A stretch of DNA of 64,000 nt from Octopus vulgaris. Lineage: Eukaryota. A model generated the notes under the pieces. It had not been told where the DNA came from. It saw nothing but the letters and a program-made list of their open reading frames with translations, and did not search any database. Shown piece by piece: positions 53,545 through 64,000 of this stretch (position 1 is its first letter; every line of letters starts with the position of its first letter). The position numbers and the translations under genes were made by a program. The stretch covers positions 39,990,001 through 40,054,000 of the forward strand of contig OX597829.1 of NCBI GenBank assembly GCA_951406725.2, written 5' to 3'.

Positions 53545-54650
53545 CCTTTAGCATTTAAAGCAGCCACATGCAGTCTAAAATATTCTACCTGTTTTATATT
53601 CAAACTGACCAGATCTAGCCTCTCACACCTACCCTACAATGACATTCTAAACATAAATAATCACATCATTGAAATCTGAAAGCTACAAGATTGTGCCTGA
53701 CTAATTCAAATTAATCTTTTCTACTCTAGGCTAGGCACAAGGCCTGAAATTTTTGGGAAGTGGGGGTGGGGGGAGCAGTCGATTAGATCGACCACAGTAT
53801 GCAACTAGTACTTAATTTATTGACCCCTGAAAGGATGAAAGACAAAATCGACCTCGGTGGAATTTGAACTCAGAATGTAAAGACAGGTGAAATACTGCTA
53901 AGCATTTCACCCAGCATGCTAACGTTTCTGTCAGCTTGCCACTTTAAAATATTCTTTTCTAATCTAGGCACAAGGCCCGAAATTTTTGGGGAGGAGGCTA
54001 GTCGATTAGATCTATCACAGTACACAACTGGTACTTAATTTATCAACCCTGAAAGAACGAAAGGCAAAGTCGACCTCAGCGGAATTTGAACTCAGAATGT
54101 AAGGACACACGAAATACTGCTAGGCATTTCACCCAGTGTGCTAATGTTTCTTATTTCTTTATTGCCCACAAGGGGATAAACATAGAGGGAATAAACAAGG
54201 ACTGACAAAGGGATTAAGTCGATTATATCGACCCCAGTGCATAACTGGTGCTTAATTTATCCACCCCGAAAGGATGAAAGCCAAAGTCGACCTTGGCGGA
54301 ACTTGAACTCAGAATGTAACGACAGATGAAATACCACTAAGCATTTCAGCTGGCATGCTAACGTTTCTGCCAGCTTGCCGCCTTGGTGGTTGTAAAATAT
54401 TCTTTTCTACTCTAGGCACAAGGTCCAAAATTTGGGGGAAGTGTGTGTGTGGGGGAATTGATTAGATCTACCCCAGTACGCAACCGGTACTTAATTTATT
54501 GACCCTGAAAGGATGAAAGGCAAAGTTGACAGACAAACAAAATATTGCTATGCAGTTCACCTGGTGTGCTAACGTTTCTGCCAGTCTGCCACCTTACTAA
54601 TTCAAAATAAACATTGAATTTGACAGAAAAATCTGATTGCTTAAGAGTTG
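53545..54650 (+). mobile_element. piggyBac-like MITE split by a four-copy SINE B cluster (53712-54595, minus)
   Basis: MITE halves join at the duplicated ACTAATTCAAA. Confidence 0.8.
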
Positions 54651-54664
54651 ATGATGTTTGCCTT

Positions 54665-55210
54665 TCATCATCATTGTTCGACCATGGTCGAGACAATCGA
54701 ATTTACTATGTTACGCCAGACTTCACGGTCCATCATAGCATTATGGAGGTCCTGTTGCTGGATGCCTGTATCCCTGGAGATTACATCAGGGTAGGAGAGT
54801 GTGCACCCTCTGGTATCGCGAGCAGATGGCTTCCAGGGGAGAAGAGTAGAAATTACCTCGTTTTCAGCTCTACAACAATGTCCAGCAAACTGGACTCTTG
54901 TACCTTTCACAAGAGATGATACAGGTGGTAATTTCCCATATATTTGTACTTTGGTTGGATGACGCTTCCACAAGAGATTCTGAGCTCACATAAGGAGAGC
55001 TACACCAGGGTTCCTCTTCCCCAGGAATATCCTCATTTTCAGCTCTACAACAATGTCCAGCATACTGGACTCTTCTACCTTTCACAAGAGATGATACAGG
55101 TGGTAGTTTCCCATATATTTGTACTTTGGTTGGATGATGCTTCCACGGGAGATTTTGAGCTCTCATAAGGAGGCGAGTGTAAGTTCCATCCAACCGCCTC
55201 TCAAGCTTCT
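54665..55210 (-). mobile_element. RTE-clade LINE 3' end with internal ~140-bp duplication
   Basis: LDGTYTRLLMRAQNL.WK.H.T...YG.LPPVS...RVQFAGHC; (GAT) tail. Confidence 0.85.
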
Positions 55211-55566
55211 TTAAATAAAGGCAACAATACCTTAGTGAGCCTTTTGATGATGAGCTCAATTTTTGAACATTTACTGCTGTTTGAAATCTTACAAGGAATT
55301 TTGCATCTAAATAAGGAAACACCTGTTTTTTTTTTTTTTTCAGTGTAGATATAATTAATGTTAAATTAAAGATATTCAACTCTGAAATGGATTGTGATCT
55401 AAGTACATCTCTTTTCTGATATCCCTCTAGTGCTGCAGTTTTCATCTGTTATGGCAGAAAGTTTTCTAAAATAACTTCATGATCAGCAAAAAAGCTTTTG
55501 TTTGACACAAGATAATTTATTTATCGCTATAGAAAATATTCCAAAATATCAATATGATCTAAAAGG

Positions 55567-56050
55567 ATGGCAAGCTGGCAGAATCGTTAGCACGCCGGGC
55601 AAAATGTTTAACAGTATTTCATCTGCTGTTACATTCTGAGTTCAAATTCCTCCAAGGTCGATTTTGCTCTTCATCTTTTCAGGGTTGATTAAATAAATAC
55701 CAGTTACACACTGGGGTTGATATATATTTCTTTACTACCCACAAGAGGCTAAACACAGAGGGGATAAACAAGGACAGACAAACGGATTAAGTCGATTACA
55801 ACGACCCCAGTGCGTAACTGGTACTTAATTTATCGACCCCGAAAGGATGAAAGTCAAAGTCGACCTCGGCGGAATTTGAACTCAGAACGTAACGGCAGAC
55901 GAAATACGGCTACGCATTTCGCCTGGCGTGCTAACGTTTCTGCCAGCTCGCCTGGGGTTGATATAATTGACTTAATCCCTTTGTCTGTCCTTATTTGTCT
56001 CCTCTATGTTTAGCCCCCTGTGAGCAATAAAAAAATAAAGAAAAAAATAT
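55567..56050 (+). mobile_element. SINE B with a younger SINE B (55725-55951) nested in opposite orientation
   Basis: TSD CTGGGGTTGATATA (55711-55724 / 55952-55965). Confidence 0.9.
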
Positions 56051-56099
56051 GATTTATAAGACATAAGGCATGAACTTCCTGATTTAAAACATTTTTTTT

Positions 56100-56495
56100 T
56101 ACTGTAGTGAGAAGTTTGCATTCCAGTCACATGGTTCCAGATTCAGTACCATTGGAAAGCACTCTGGGCAAGTGTCTTCTACTATAGTCCTAGACCAACC
56201 AAAGCCTTATGAATGGATTTGATAGATGGAAACTGAATGAAGCCCATTATGTTTGTTTGTCTATGCGTGTGTTACTTTCTCCTTCCCTTGACATTGTTTG
56301 AAAGGTTGTCAACAAGTGCCACTATCATGCAAGCATTTTCTTTCATTTGCAATCTTCCATGAAAATATGTCTGGCCATGAGGAATTATTACCCATCTTGC
56401 AATCAGGCGATGATTGGCAACAAAAAGGTCCGATGAAAGTCTGCCTCAACAAATTCCATCTGACCGATGCAAGCATAGAAAAGTAAATGCTAAAT
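56100..56495 (+). mobile_element. SINE with family A head and RTE-type tail
   Basis: CACATGGTTCC...GGGCAAGTGTCTTCT head; tail ...ATGCAAGCATAGAAAAGT..AAATGATGATG. Confidence 0.7.
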
Positions 56496-56534
56496 GGGGT
56501 TGATATAATTGACTTAATCCCTTTGTCTGTCCTT

Positions 56535-56768
56535 GTTAGTTAGTTAGTTAGTTAGTTAATTTGGCTCAAAAGCAAATAGCAAGGCCATGTAGGGGGACAT
56601 GGAGTTAAGTACAGGGTGGTGTTCATGTAAAGAGTTCAGGCCACTTGAGGTCCAGGGAGGCTTTGAACAAAGCGGTCGTCGGCATCTTCACCATCTCGTC
56701 TGGCAGCTTGTTCCACGGATCCGCAACCCGGACGGAGAAAGCTCCTCTCCTTCGATTAAGATGAAATC
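56535..56768 (-). mobile_element. CR1/L2 3' end inserted into a SINE B tail fragment
   Basis: Matches 823-1040; (TAAC)n tail; probable TSD TGTT. Confidence 0.92.
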
Positions 56769-57422
56769 TTAATGTTTGTCTCCTCTATGTTTAGCCTCCT
56801 GTGGGCAATAAAAAATAAAGAAAAAAATGCTAAATGATGATGATGTTGATCTTCATCATAATGATGATGATTTTCTATCTGATTTTTAAAGACTAATTTG
56901 AATATCATACCACATTTGTCAGCATGTGTCGGCAGAATATTATTCTCTCTAAAGAACTGTATCAAAACAAATAAAAACTAATTCTTTAAAAGCAGTGACT
57001 GAAAAGATAGATCACTTCCAATGCAATGTGTTACAAGAAATGATATTGAATACCTGCAAAAGAATTAATCAAGGACTTGAGAAAATATGCTCTATGCAAA
57101 CAATACTTGGAAAGAATTTAATAAAAAAAAAAAGGAAAGAAGAAAAATACAGGCAAGAAATAATGAATCAGTTATTCTTTCAAGAGGAATTGAAGACAAA
57201 AAGGAATGATTACTGTGTTCTACAGATAAAATTAAGTAAATAACTGCTGTAGTTCTATTTAGATACAATATTTTTATAAGCTAGGCTGTTTTTTTTTTTT
57301 TTTTTTTTCCTAGTTTTGAGTCAGTATTTCATTTTCTAAGCCTGGTCTAAGGTTTTCCTGAAAATTTCATTGGTAACCCTCAAACATATGCACTCATATA
57401 GTGTGTGAGAGAGAGAGAGAGG

Positions 57423-57454
<32 letters not shown>

Positions 57455-57484
57455 GACAGACAGAGAGAGACATACACACGCATG

Positions 57485-57528
<44 letters not shown>

Positions 57529-57645
57529 CACACACACATAGAAGCTCACACTCATGCATCTGTGTGTGTGTGTGTGTGTGTGTGTTTATGTGTGTGTGTA
57601 TGTGTGTGTGTATGTGTGTGTATATGTGTGTGTGTGTGTAGGTGT

Positions 57646-57814
57646 GTTAGAGTGTACCACCAAATAATATGTATATGAATGTGCTTGTATGCAAGTGTGT
57701 GTGTGTGTATGTGTGTGTATGTGTGTGTGTATGTGTGTGTGTGTGTGTATGTGTGTGTTTGTGTATGTGTGTTAGAGTGTACCACCAAATAATATATACA
57801 TGAATGTGCTTGTA

Positions 57815-57856
<42 letters not shown>

Positions 57857-58127
57857 TGTGTATGTGTGTGTGTATGTGTGTGTGTCTGTATGTGTGTGTA
57901 TGTGTGTTAGAATGTACCACCAAATAATATGTATATGAATGTGCTTGTATGCAAGTGTGTGAGTGTGTGCGTATGTGTGTGTGTATGTGTGTGTGTATGT
58001 GTGTGTGTGTGTGTGTGTGTATGTGTGTGTGTATGTGTGTGTGTATGTGTATGTGTGTATGTGTGTGTGTGTATGTGTGTTAGAGTGTACCACCAAATAA
58101 TATGTATATGAATGTGCTTGTATGCAA

Positions 58128-58158
<31 letters not shown>

Positions 58159-58240
58159 TGTGTATGTGTATGTGTATATGTGTGTGTGTGTATGTGTGTT
58201 AGAGTGTACCACCAAATAATATTATATGAATGTGCTTGTA

Positions 58241-58280
<40 letters not shown>

Positions 58281-58341
58281 TGTGTGTATGTGTGTTAGAG
58301 TGTACCACCAAATAATATTATATGAATGTGCTTGTATGCAA
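57646..58341. repeat. Minisatellite: six copies of a 49-bp core separated by variable (TG)/(TATG) tracts
   Basis: GTTAGAGTGTACCACCAAATAATATGTATATGAATGTGCTTGTATGCAA at 57646, 57771, 57906, 58079, 58198, 58294. Confidence 0.95.
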
Positions 58342-58562
58342 GTGTGTGTGTGTATGTGTGTGTGTATGTGTGTGTGCACCTGTGTCTGTGAATTTACATC
58401 TTCTGAATCCATTTATTTGGATATACATTATTTATGCCTGTATGGAATGTATGTATGTTGATGCTGTTATTATTTCTGTTATTATCTAGTATTCCGCAGA
58501 CTAGCTAATCCCAAGGTTGATGCCTGGTTTCAGATTAATAACAACAGCAACAACAACAATAG

Positions 58563-58700
58563 TAACAAGAGCACTCAGAAAGTGCAAACTTCTGCCTAGA
58601 CAACACCAATGTCCTCTCAACGATTAACCAGAGATTATTTTTAAAATAAATAAAAAAACAAGTAAAATAATCCAGAATCCTTGACCGGTACCAGGTCAAT
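58563..58700 (+). mobile_element. Probable Helentron/HINE 5' end
   Basis: AACAAGAGCACTCAGAAAGTGCAAAC.. resembles remembered HINE termini. Confidence 0.35.
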
Positions 58701-58769
58701 CCCAGTGGTAGTCATGGAATGTGAAGGTGGGTGTGTGGGCCATGTTTGTAATGTTGTGTGTGTGTGTGT

Positions 58770-58920
58770 CGTCTGCAGTGGGAACAGGGACAGTTTTCTC
58801 TATGAAGGCCTTTTTTAGTCTATCCACTGATATAGTGTCTTTACAACCACTAAGGTCTATAGTGAAAAATTTATCCAAGCATGGAAAAAAATGGAAAGGA
58901 CCTGCATATAGTGCTGTTAA
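58770..58920 (-). mobile_element. Gypsy-type integrase C-terminal (GPY/F) fragment
   Basis: LTALYAGPF...KFFTIDLSG.KDTISVDRLKKAF. Confidence 0.7.
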
Positions 58921-59904
58921 CAGGTTTTTAAATGGGTTCATGTCAGGAGATTGGCTTGGCCAAGGAAGCTTTTTGATCCCATTTTCAGTCAGCCATTGTT
59001 GATTCCTTTTCGTTGTATGGCATGGAACCCCATCTTCCATGAATACAAACTCATTTTTCGTTATGTTATCATGTGAATACATCAGAAGTAGTCCTTGCTT
59101 AAATATTTCAATGTATTTTTCAGAGTTTATGTTACCAACAGATTCAATCAGCTCAGAACAACCATTGCAGGTGACAGCTCCCCATACCTTTATCGAGATA
59201 CCACCATGTTTCACAGTTGGTTGGAGTCGCTTCAAATCAAATTCTTGATTGGAAAGCCTCCAGACCCAAACACATCCACTGTCTGAAAATAATACAAATC
59301 TGGATTCATCTGAGAAAATCACTCTGTCCCAAAATGAACTGGATTTTTCTGACATCTCCTTAGCCCATTTCTTTCTTTCCATGATATTAATTGGTTGAAG
59401 GAGAGGTTTTCTTCCAGCTGATCGTCCATAATACCCAAGCTTATGCAGATATGTAACACACATTCTTGGACTAACTTCTAGCTGTTTTGCAATGTCAGAA
59501 GCCTTCAAACGGGGTTCATTTTCCACAATTCTCTTCAAACAGCAAAGCTTCCTTTCCAAGGGTCCAGGTTGGTCGGGATGAGAATCTGTTGATTCTTTAC
59601 CTTGGCTTTTGAATTGCACTATAATTCTATTAACAGTAGCAAGAGGAATTTGAAGATTTTCGGCAATTTTCCGCTGGCTAAGACCAGCCTCAGATTGCTC
59701 AACAATACAACCTCTTTGAAAATCTGGCAGTTCTGCTGAATTTTTTGTGTGTGGCATGGTTACTCTTCACAAATGTTTAATATAGTGGTGCCTGGAATAG
59801 AAAAGAATAATTACATTGTAAATTCTACACTGATGAATAGATATTAAGATGCTTAGATCAGAAATTTTGAAATTCAAGGTGTCTATTTACTTCCTGCACG
59901 TCTG
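58921..59904 (-). mobile_element. Tc1 (DD34E) transposon, 5' TIR plus transposase, 3'-truncated
   Basis: ATG 59757; HTH, RKP, VIFSDESRF, TVKHGG..VWG, FMEDGVPCH, WPSQSPDMNPFKN (the catalytic E at D+35 is K). TIR-like CAGACGTGCAGGAAGTAAATAGACACC. Confidence 0.92.
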
Positions 59905-59955
59905 TGTGTATATATATATATATATATATACATACATACATATATATATATATAT

Positions 59956-61170
59956 CATCATCATCATCGTTTAACGTCCGTTTTCTGTGCTAGCACGGGT
60001 TGGACTGTTCGACCGGGGTCTGGGAAGCCAGGAGGCTGCACCAGACTCCAGTCTGATCTGGCAGTGTTTCTACAGCTGGATGCCCTTTCTAACGCCAACC
60101 ACTCCGTGGGTGTAGTGGGTGCTTTTTACGTGCCCCTGGCACCTGTGCCAGGGGAGTCTGGCAGCGGTCACAATCAGTTGGTGCTTTTTACGTGCCACTG
60201 GCACGGAAGCCAGTCAAGGCGGCGCTGACATCGGCCACGTTTGGATGGTGCTTTTTACGTGCCACTGGCACAGGTATCACAACTACTATTTCCATTGATA
60301 TTTATTTCGATTTTCATGTACTTGACTCAATAGGTCTCCTCAAGCACAGCAGGTTGTTCTGAAATCCAAGTATATAAATATTAAAATTTTTAAGTCTCTC
60401 TAAAGGAGACTATGGCAGCGGTACTGGAAATTAACAGTTTTCATCAACCTCATATGGCAGTCCATAAATATAAGACTAAAGCTGCCGTTGATTAGCTCCA
60501 AGAGGCCATCGTCTCTGGCTAGCTATATGACATGCGAACCTGTGTCCATTATAACTTTCGAACACTTCCCCTTGCTGGTCAGGCATCTGCAGACATGTTT
60601 CAGGGTATTTATCCTTTATCAATGCAGAGTAGCCAAACCCAGCAGGCATCAGTGCTCACTGTGTATATATATATATATATCATCATCATTTAACATCCGT
60701 TTTCCATGCTAGCATGGGTTGGACTGTTCGACTGGGGTCTGGTAAGCCATGGAGGCTGCACCAGGCTCCAGTCTGATCTGGCAGTGTTTCTACAGCTGCA
60801 TGGCCTTCCTAACGCCAACCACTCCGTGAGTGTAGTGGGTATACATACATATATATATCATCACCATCATCATCATCATTTAACGTCCGCTTTCCATGCT
60901 AGCATGGGTTGGACGGTTCAACTGGGGTCATGTGCCACTGACACAGTTGCCAGACGAGGCTGGCGAACGGCCACGCTCGGATGGTGTTTTTATGTGCCAC
61001 CGACACAGGTGCCAGACAAGGCTGGCAGATGGCCACGCTCGGATGGTGTTTTTATGTGCCACCGACACAGGTGCCAGATGAGGCTGGCGAACGGCCACGA
61101 TAGGATGGTGTTTGTTACGTGCCCACAGCACGGAATTTTCACTTGCCTCAACAGGTCTTCACAAGATGTT
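59956..61170 (-). mobile_element. Three RTE 3' UTR-derived repeats (59956-60370, 60680-60840, 60860-61170)
   Basis: CATCGTTTAACGTCCG..CCATGCTAGCATGGGTTGG..CAGCTGGATGCCCTT block shared with 16012 and 43425. Confidence 0.85.
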
Positions 61171-61431
61171 CATCTATATATATATATATATATATACATA
61201 CACACACACACATACATAGACATCCGCATGGAGCAACTTAAAGTGTACATGCACCTGCACTGGCTGTGAACATCCATTAGGTGGCTGTTGTTGTTGATGA
61301 TGATAATTGAGATAGTCCAGCCACTGCTTTCAGCAATTGAAGAACTCTGCTTGTAAAGATTCCAGTCCCACATTTTGTTGCTAATGTGGAGAATGATGTC
61401 ACTGTAAAGCTACCGTTTCACATGGTATATA

Positions 61432-61700
61432 CACACCACCGTGATCACCGTGACCGACCAGGCTATCAGATGTTGCTGCACATCACTGGTCACAATGCGC
61501 TTCGCATTGTTTTAGCCTTCAAATGACACCACCCCGCTGGCTAAGTGAGCAGGCCAACAGAAGAAAGAGTGAGAGAAAGTTGTGGCAAAAGAGTACAGCG
61601 GGGATTGCCACCACCACCCTGCCGGAGCCTCGTGGAGCTTTAGGTGTTTGCACTTAATAAACACTCACAACGCCCGGTCTGGGAATCGAAACCGTGATCC
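61432..61700 (-). mobile_element. 5'-truncated tRNA-derived SINE, fourth family
   Basis: Minus strand begins GGATCACGGTTTCGATTCCCAGACCGGGCG (B box). Confidence 0.65.
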
Positions 61701-62156
61701 TATATATATATATATATATAAGACAAGCTTCTTTTAGTTTCCATCTAACAAATCCACTCACAAGGTTTTTGGTCAGCCTGTGGCTACAGTAGAAGACACT
61801 TGCCCAAGGTGCCATGCAGTGTATACATAATCATCATTTGAATAATTTCTTCTTAACATAAATGGTAACTTGTTAACGTTACAGCAGCTATTGTATGATG
61901 TAATCAGCAACAAATGATCAATACTGCAATAAATTTGGAATGGCGAAATAAAAATTTATGCAATGTCACGTTACTGGCTCTTTTCCATTTATGATTACTT
62001 TTATGAAGTATTTTGGCAAATCATTACATCAAATTAGTTAATTCTATAGTAATTAATATAGTTCTTGTGATTTTTGGTTTCCAATATTGTGCATTCCTCT
62101 AGGGTAACCCAGCCCTCTGCTGGTGTTTCTCCTGCAAGTGATGACTTGCAGCACAT

Positions 62157-62800
62157 TAACCATTTAGTGTTTAAACCGGCTGTATCTGGCCCAAATATTC
62201 CACCCATTTTATGCTCAAACTGGCCTGACCATCATCTCACACCTATCCTGCAATGTCATTCTAAAAATAAATAAAGCGCAGGAGTGGCTGTGTGGTAAGT
62301 AACTTGCTAACCAAACACATGGTTCCGGGTTCAGTCCCACTGCGTGGAATCTTGGGCAAGTGTCTTCTGCTATAGCCCCAGGCCGACCAATGCCTTGTGA
62401 GTGGATTTGGTAGACAGAAACTGAAAGAAGCCTGTCGGATATATGTATATATATATATGTGTATGTGTGTGTGTGTTTGTGTGTGTGTGTTTGTCCCCCT
62501 AGCATTGCTTGACAACCGATGCTTGTGTGTTTACGTCCCCGTCACTTAGCGGTTCGGCAAAAGAGACTGATAGAATAAGTACTGGGCTTACAAAGAATAA
62601 GTCCCGGGGTCGATTTGCTCGACTAAAAAGTGGTGCTCCAGCATGGCCACAGTCAAATGACTGAAACAAGTAAAAGAGTAAAAGAGAATTGCATCTTTCG
62701 AATCTTGAAGTTACAAGATAATACCAGATTAATTTTTTAAAAATATGAATGAATAAGGATTACTGTTGACATATTAATTTTGAATGCTGAAGCTTAAGAA
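62157..62800 (+). mobile_element. piggyBac-like MITE interrupted by SINE A (62276-62688)
   Basis: TTAACCATTTAGTGTTTAAACCGGC... start and ...GCTGAAGCTTAA end; full SINE A inside. Confidence 0.8.
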
Positions 62801-62979
62801 GTTACCTTCCCACAGACCTTCCTAGTTTAGTTCCACAATGTGGAACCAGGACATGTGTCTTCCACTGTAGCTCTAGGTCAACCAAGGGGTTTTGAGTGGA
62901 TATGGAAAACAGAAACTGAATAAAGCTCAATGCATATATGTGTGTGTGTGTGCACACACCCCATACACAGATATACGCA

Positions 62980-63054
62980 CACATACATACATACATACAT
63001 GCATGCATACATGCATACATACATACACACACATCCATACATACATACATACAT

Positions 63055-63085
<31 letters not shown>

Positions 63086-63349
63086 TACATACATACATAC
63101 ATGCATACATACACACACACATACATACATACATACATACATACATACATACATACATACATACATACACACACACACATATATACATACATGCATACAT
63201 ACATACATGCATGCATGCATGCATCCATGCATACATACATACACACATACATACATATATACATACATACATACAAACATACATACATACACACACACAT
63301 ACAAACATACATACATACACACACATACATACATACATACAAACATACA

Positions 63350-63377
<28 letters not shown>
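62980..63377. repeat. (CATA)n/(CA)n microsatellite
   Basis: Direct inspection. Confidence 0.97.
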
Positions 63378-63380
<3 letters not shown>

Positions 63381-63648
63381 TATTGTATTTAGGAATGGTT
63401 ATTTTGCCAGTTTAGCCAATAAAAACACACACACTATATATTTGGTGTTATTTTGCTTCAGAGTTATTTAATCTTAATCTTATTTCGGCCAGAGTTCTTT
63501 CGTTACACTCCTGTGACCGCATCAGCGGTCCTTTGTAAGATTAACGTAAAAAATAAATAACGCTGAAGCAAAGTAACGCCAAATATATAGTGCGTGGGTT
63601 TTTATTGGCTAAACTGGCAAAATGACCATTCCTAAATACAACAATATG
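63376..63648. mobile_element. Inverted repeat (95-bp arms) with hammerhead-like remnant in the spacer; PLE-type end
   Basis: Arms 63376-63470 / 63554-63648. Minus-strand CTGATGC-GGTCA..GAGT..ACTC-TGGCC-GAAA at 63483-63525. Confidence 0.65.
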
Positions 63649-64000
63649 TTAATATCGTATTTTTCAACAGAAAAAAATAAATCCACAAAGGCACCCACAA
63701 GCTCATAGGGAAGCTTAATCCCATTTCACCCCCTTAAGCATAACCAGCAATGTAATAAGAACCCTCACAATCATACCAAATGCTTAGCCTCATTGCTAAA
63801 AGCATATCCTTAACATAACTAGCCACACCATCTCAAAGACTGTCTCCTCTTCAGCACCAAAATATACTTCAACTCCTAGTTTTCATTGATACTGTCCAAA
63901 GATTGGGTACAGTTCTTCACAATAGAATCATCATTGTTTTAATGTACACTCTTCCATGCTTGCATGGTTTAGACAGAATTTGTTGAGACAGATTTTTCTG

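Noticed and set aside
57646-58341. CRISPR-like repeat-spacer pattern
   Set aside because: The spacers are TG microsatellites rather than unique sequence; there are no cas genes and the context is eukaryotic.

Overview
Eukaryotic, AT-rich, extremely repeat-dense genomic DNA. The SINE set, microsatellite load and LINE families look like a coleoid cephalopod, probably Octopus; this is inferred from remembered repeat families and not verified. Most ORF-track entries are microsatellite translations or transposon relics. Contents: (i) two abundant tRNA-derived SINE families (A and B) plus rarer ones; (ii) LINE fragments of the CR1/L2, RTE, L1/Tx1, Hero-like and R4/Dong-like RLE clades, the last inserted with fixed polarity into (TAA)n; (iii) Penelope-like element (PLE) pieces; (iv) DNA transposon relics (hAT, maT DD37D, Tc1, mariner/piggyBac/8-bp-TSD MITEs); (v) two plausible plus-strand host exons (ending at 8131; 34879-34953), so most of the window is probably intronic. 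The most interesting hidden layer is a set of type I hammerhead ribozyme (HHR) motifs from several unrelated repeat families. One has a fully intact core (49081-49162) and one lies in a 151-nt retrozyme-like tandem monomer (24064-24347). Two more belong to a composite 'tRNA head + (TAA)n + hammerhead tail' SINE-like element, present as a head-to-head palindrome (35668-40481), whose internal TAA tracts have been colonised by Dong-like LINEs. No CRISPR array, rRNA gene or true tRNA gene is supported.
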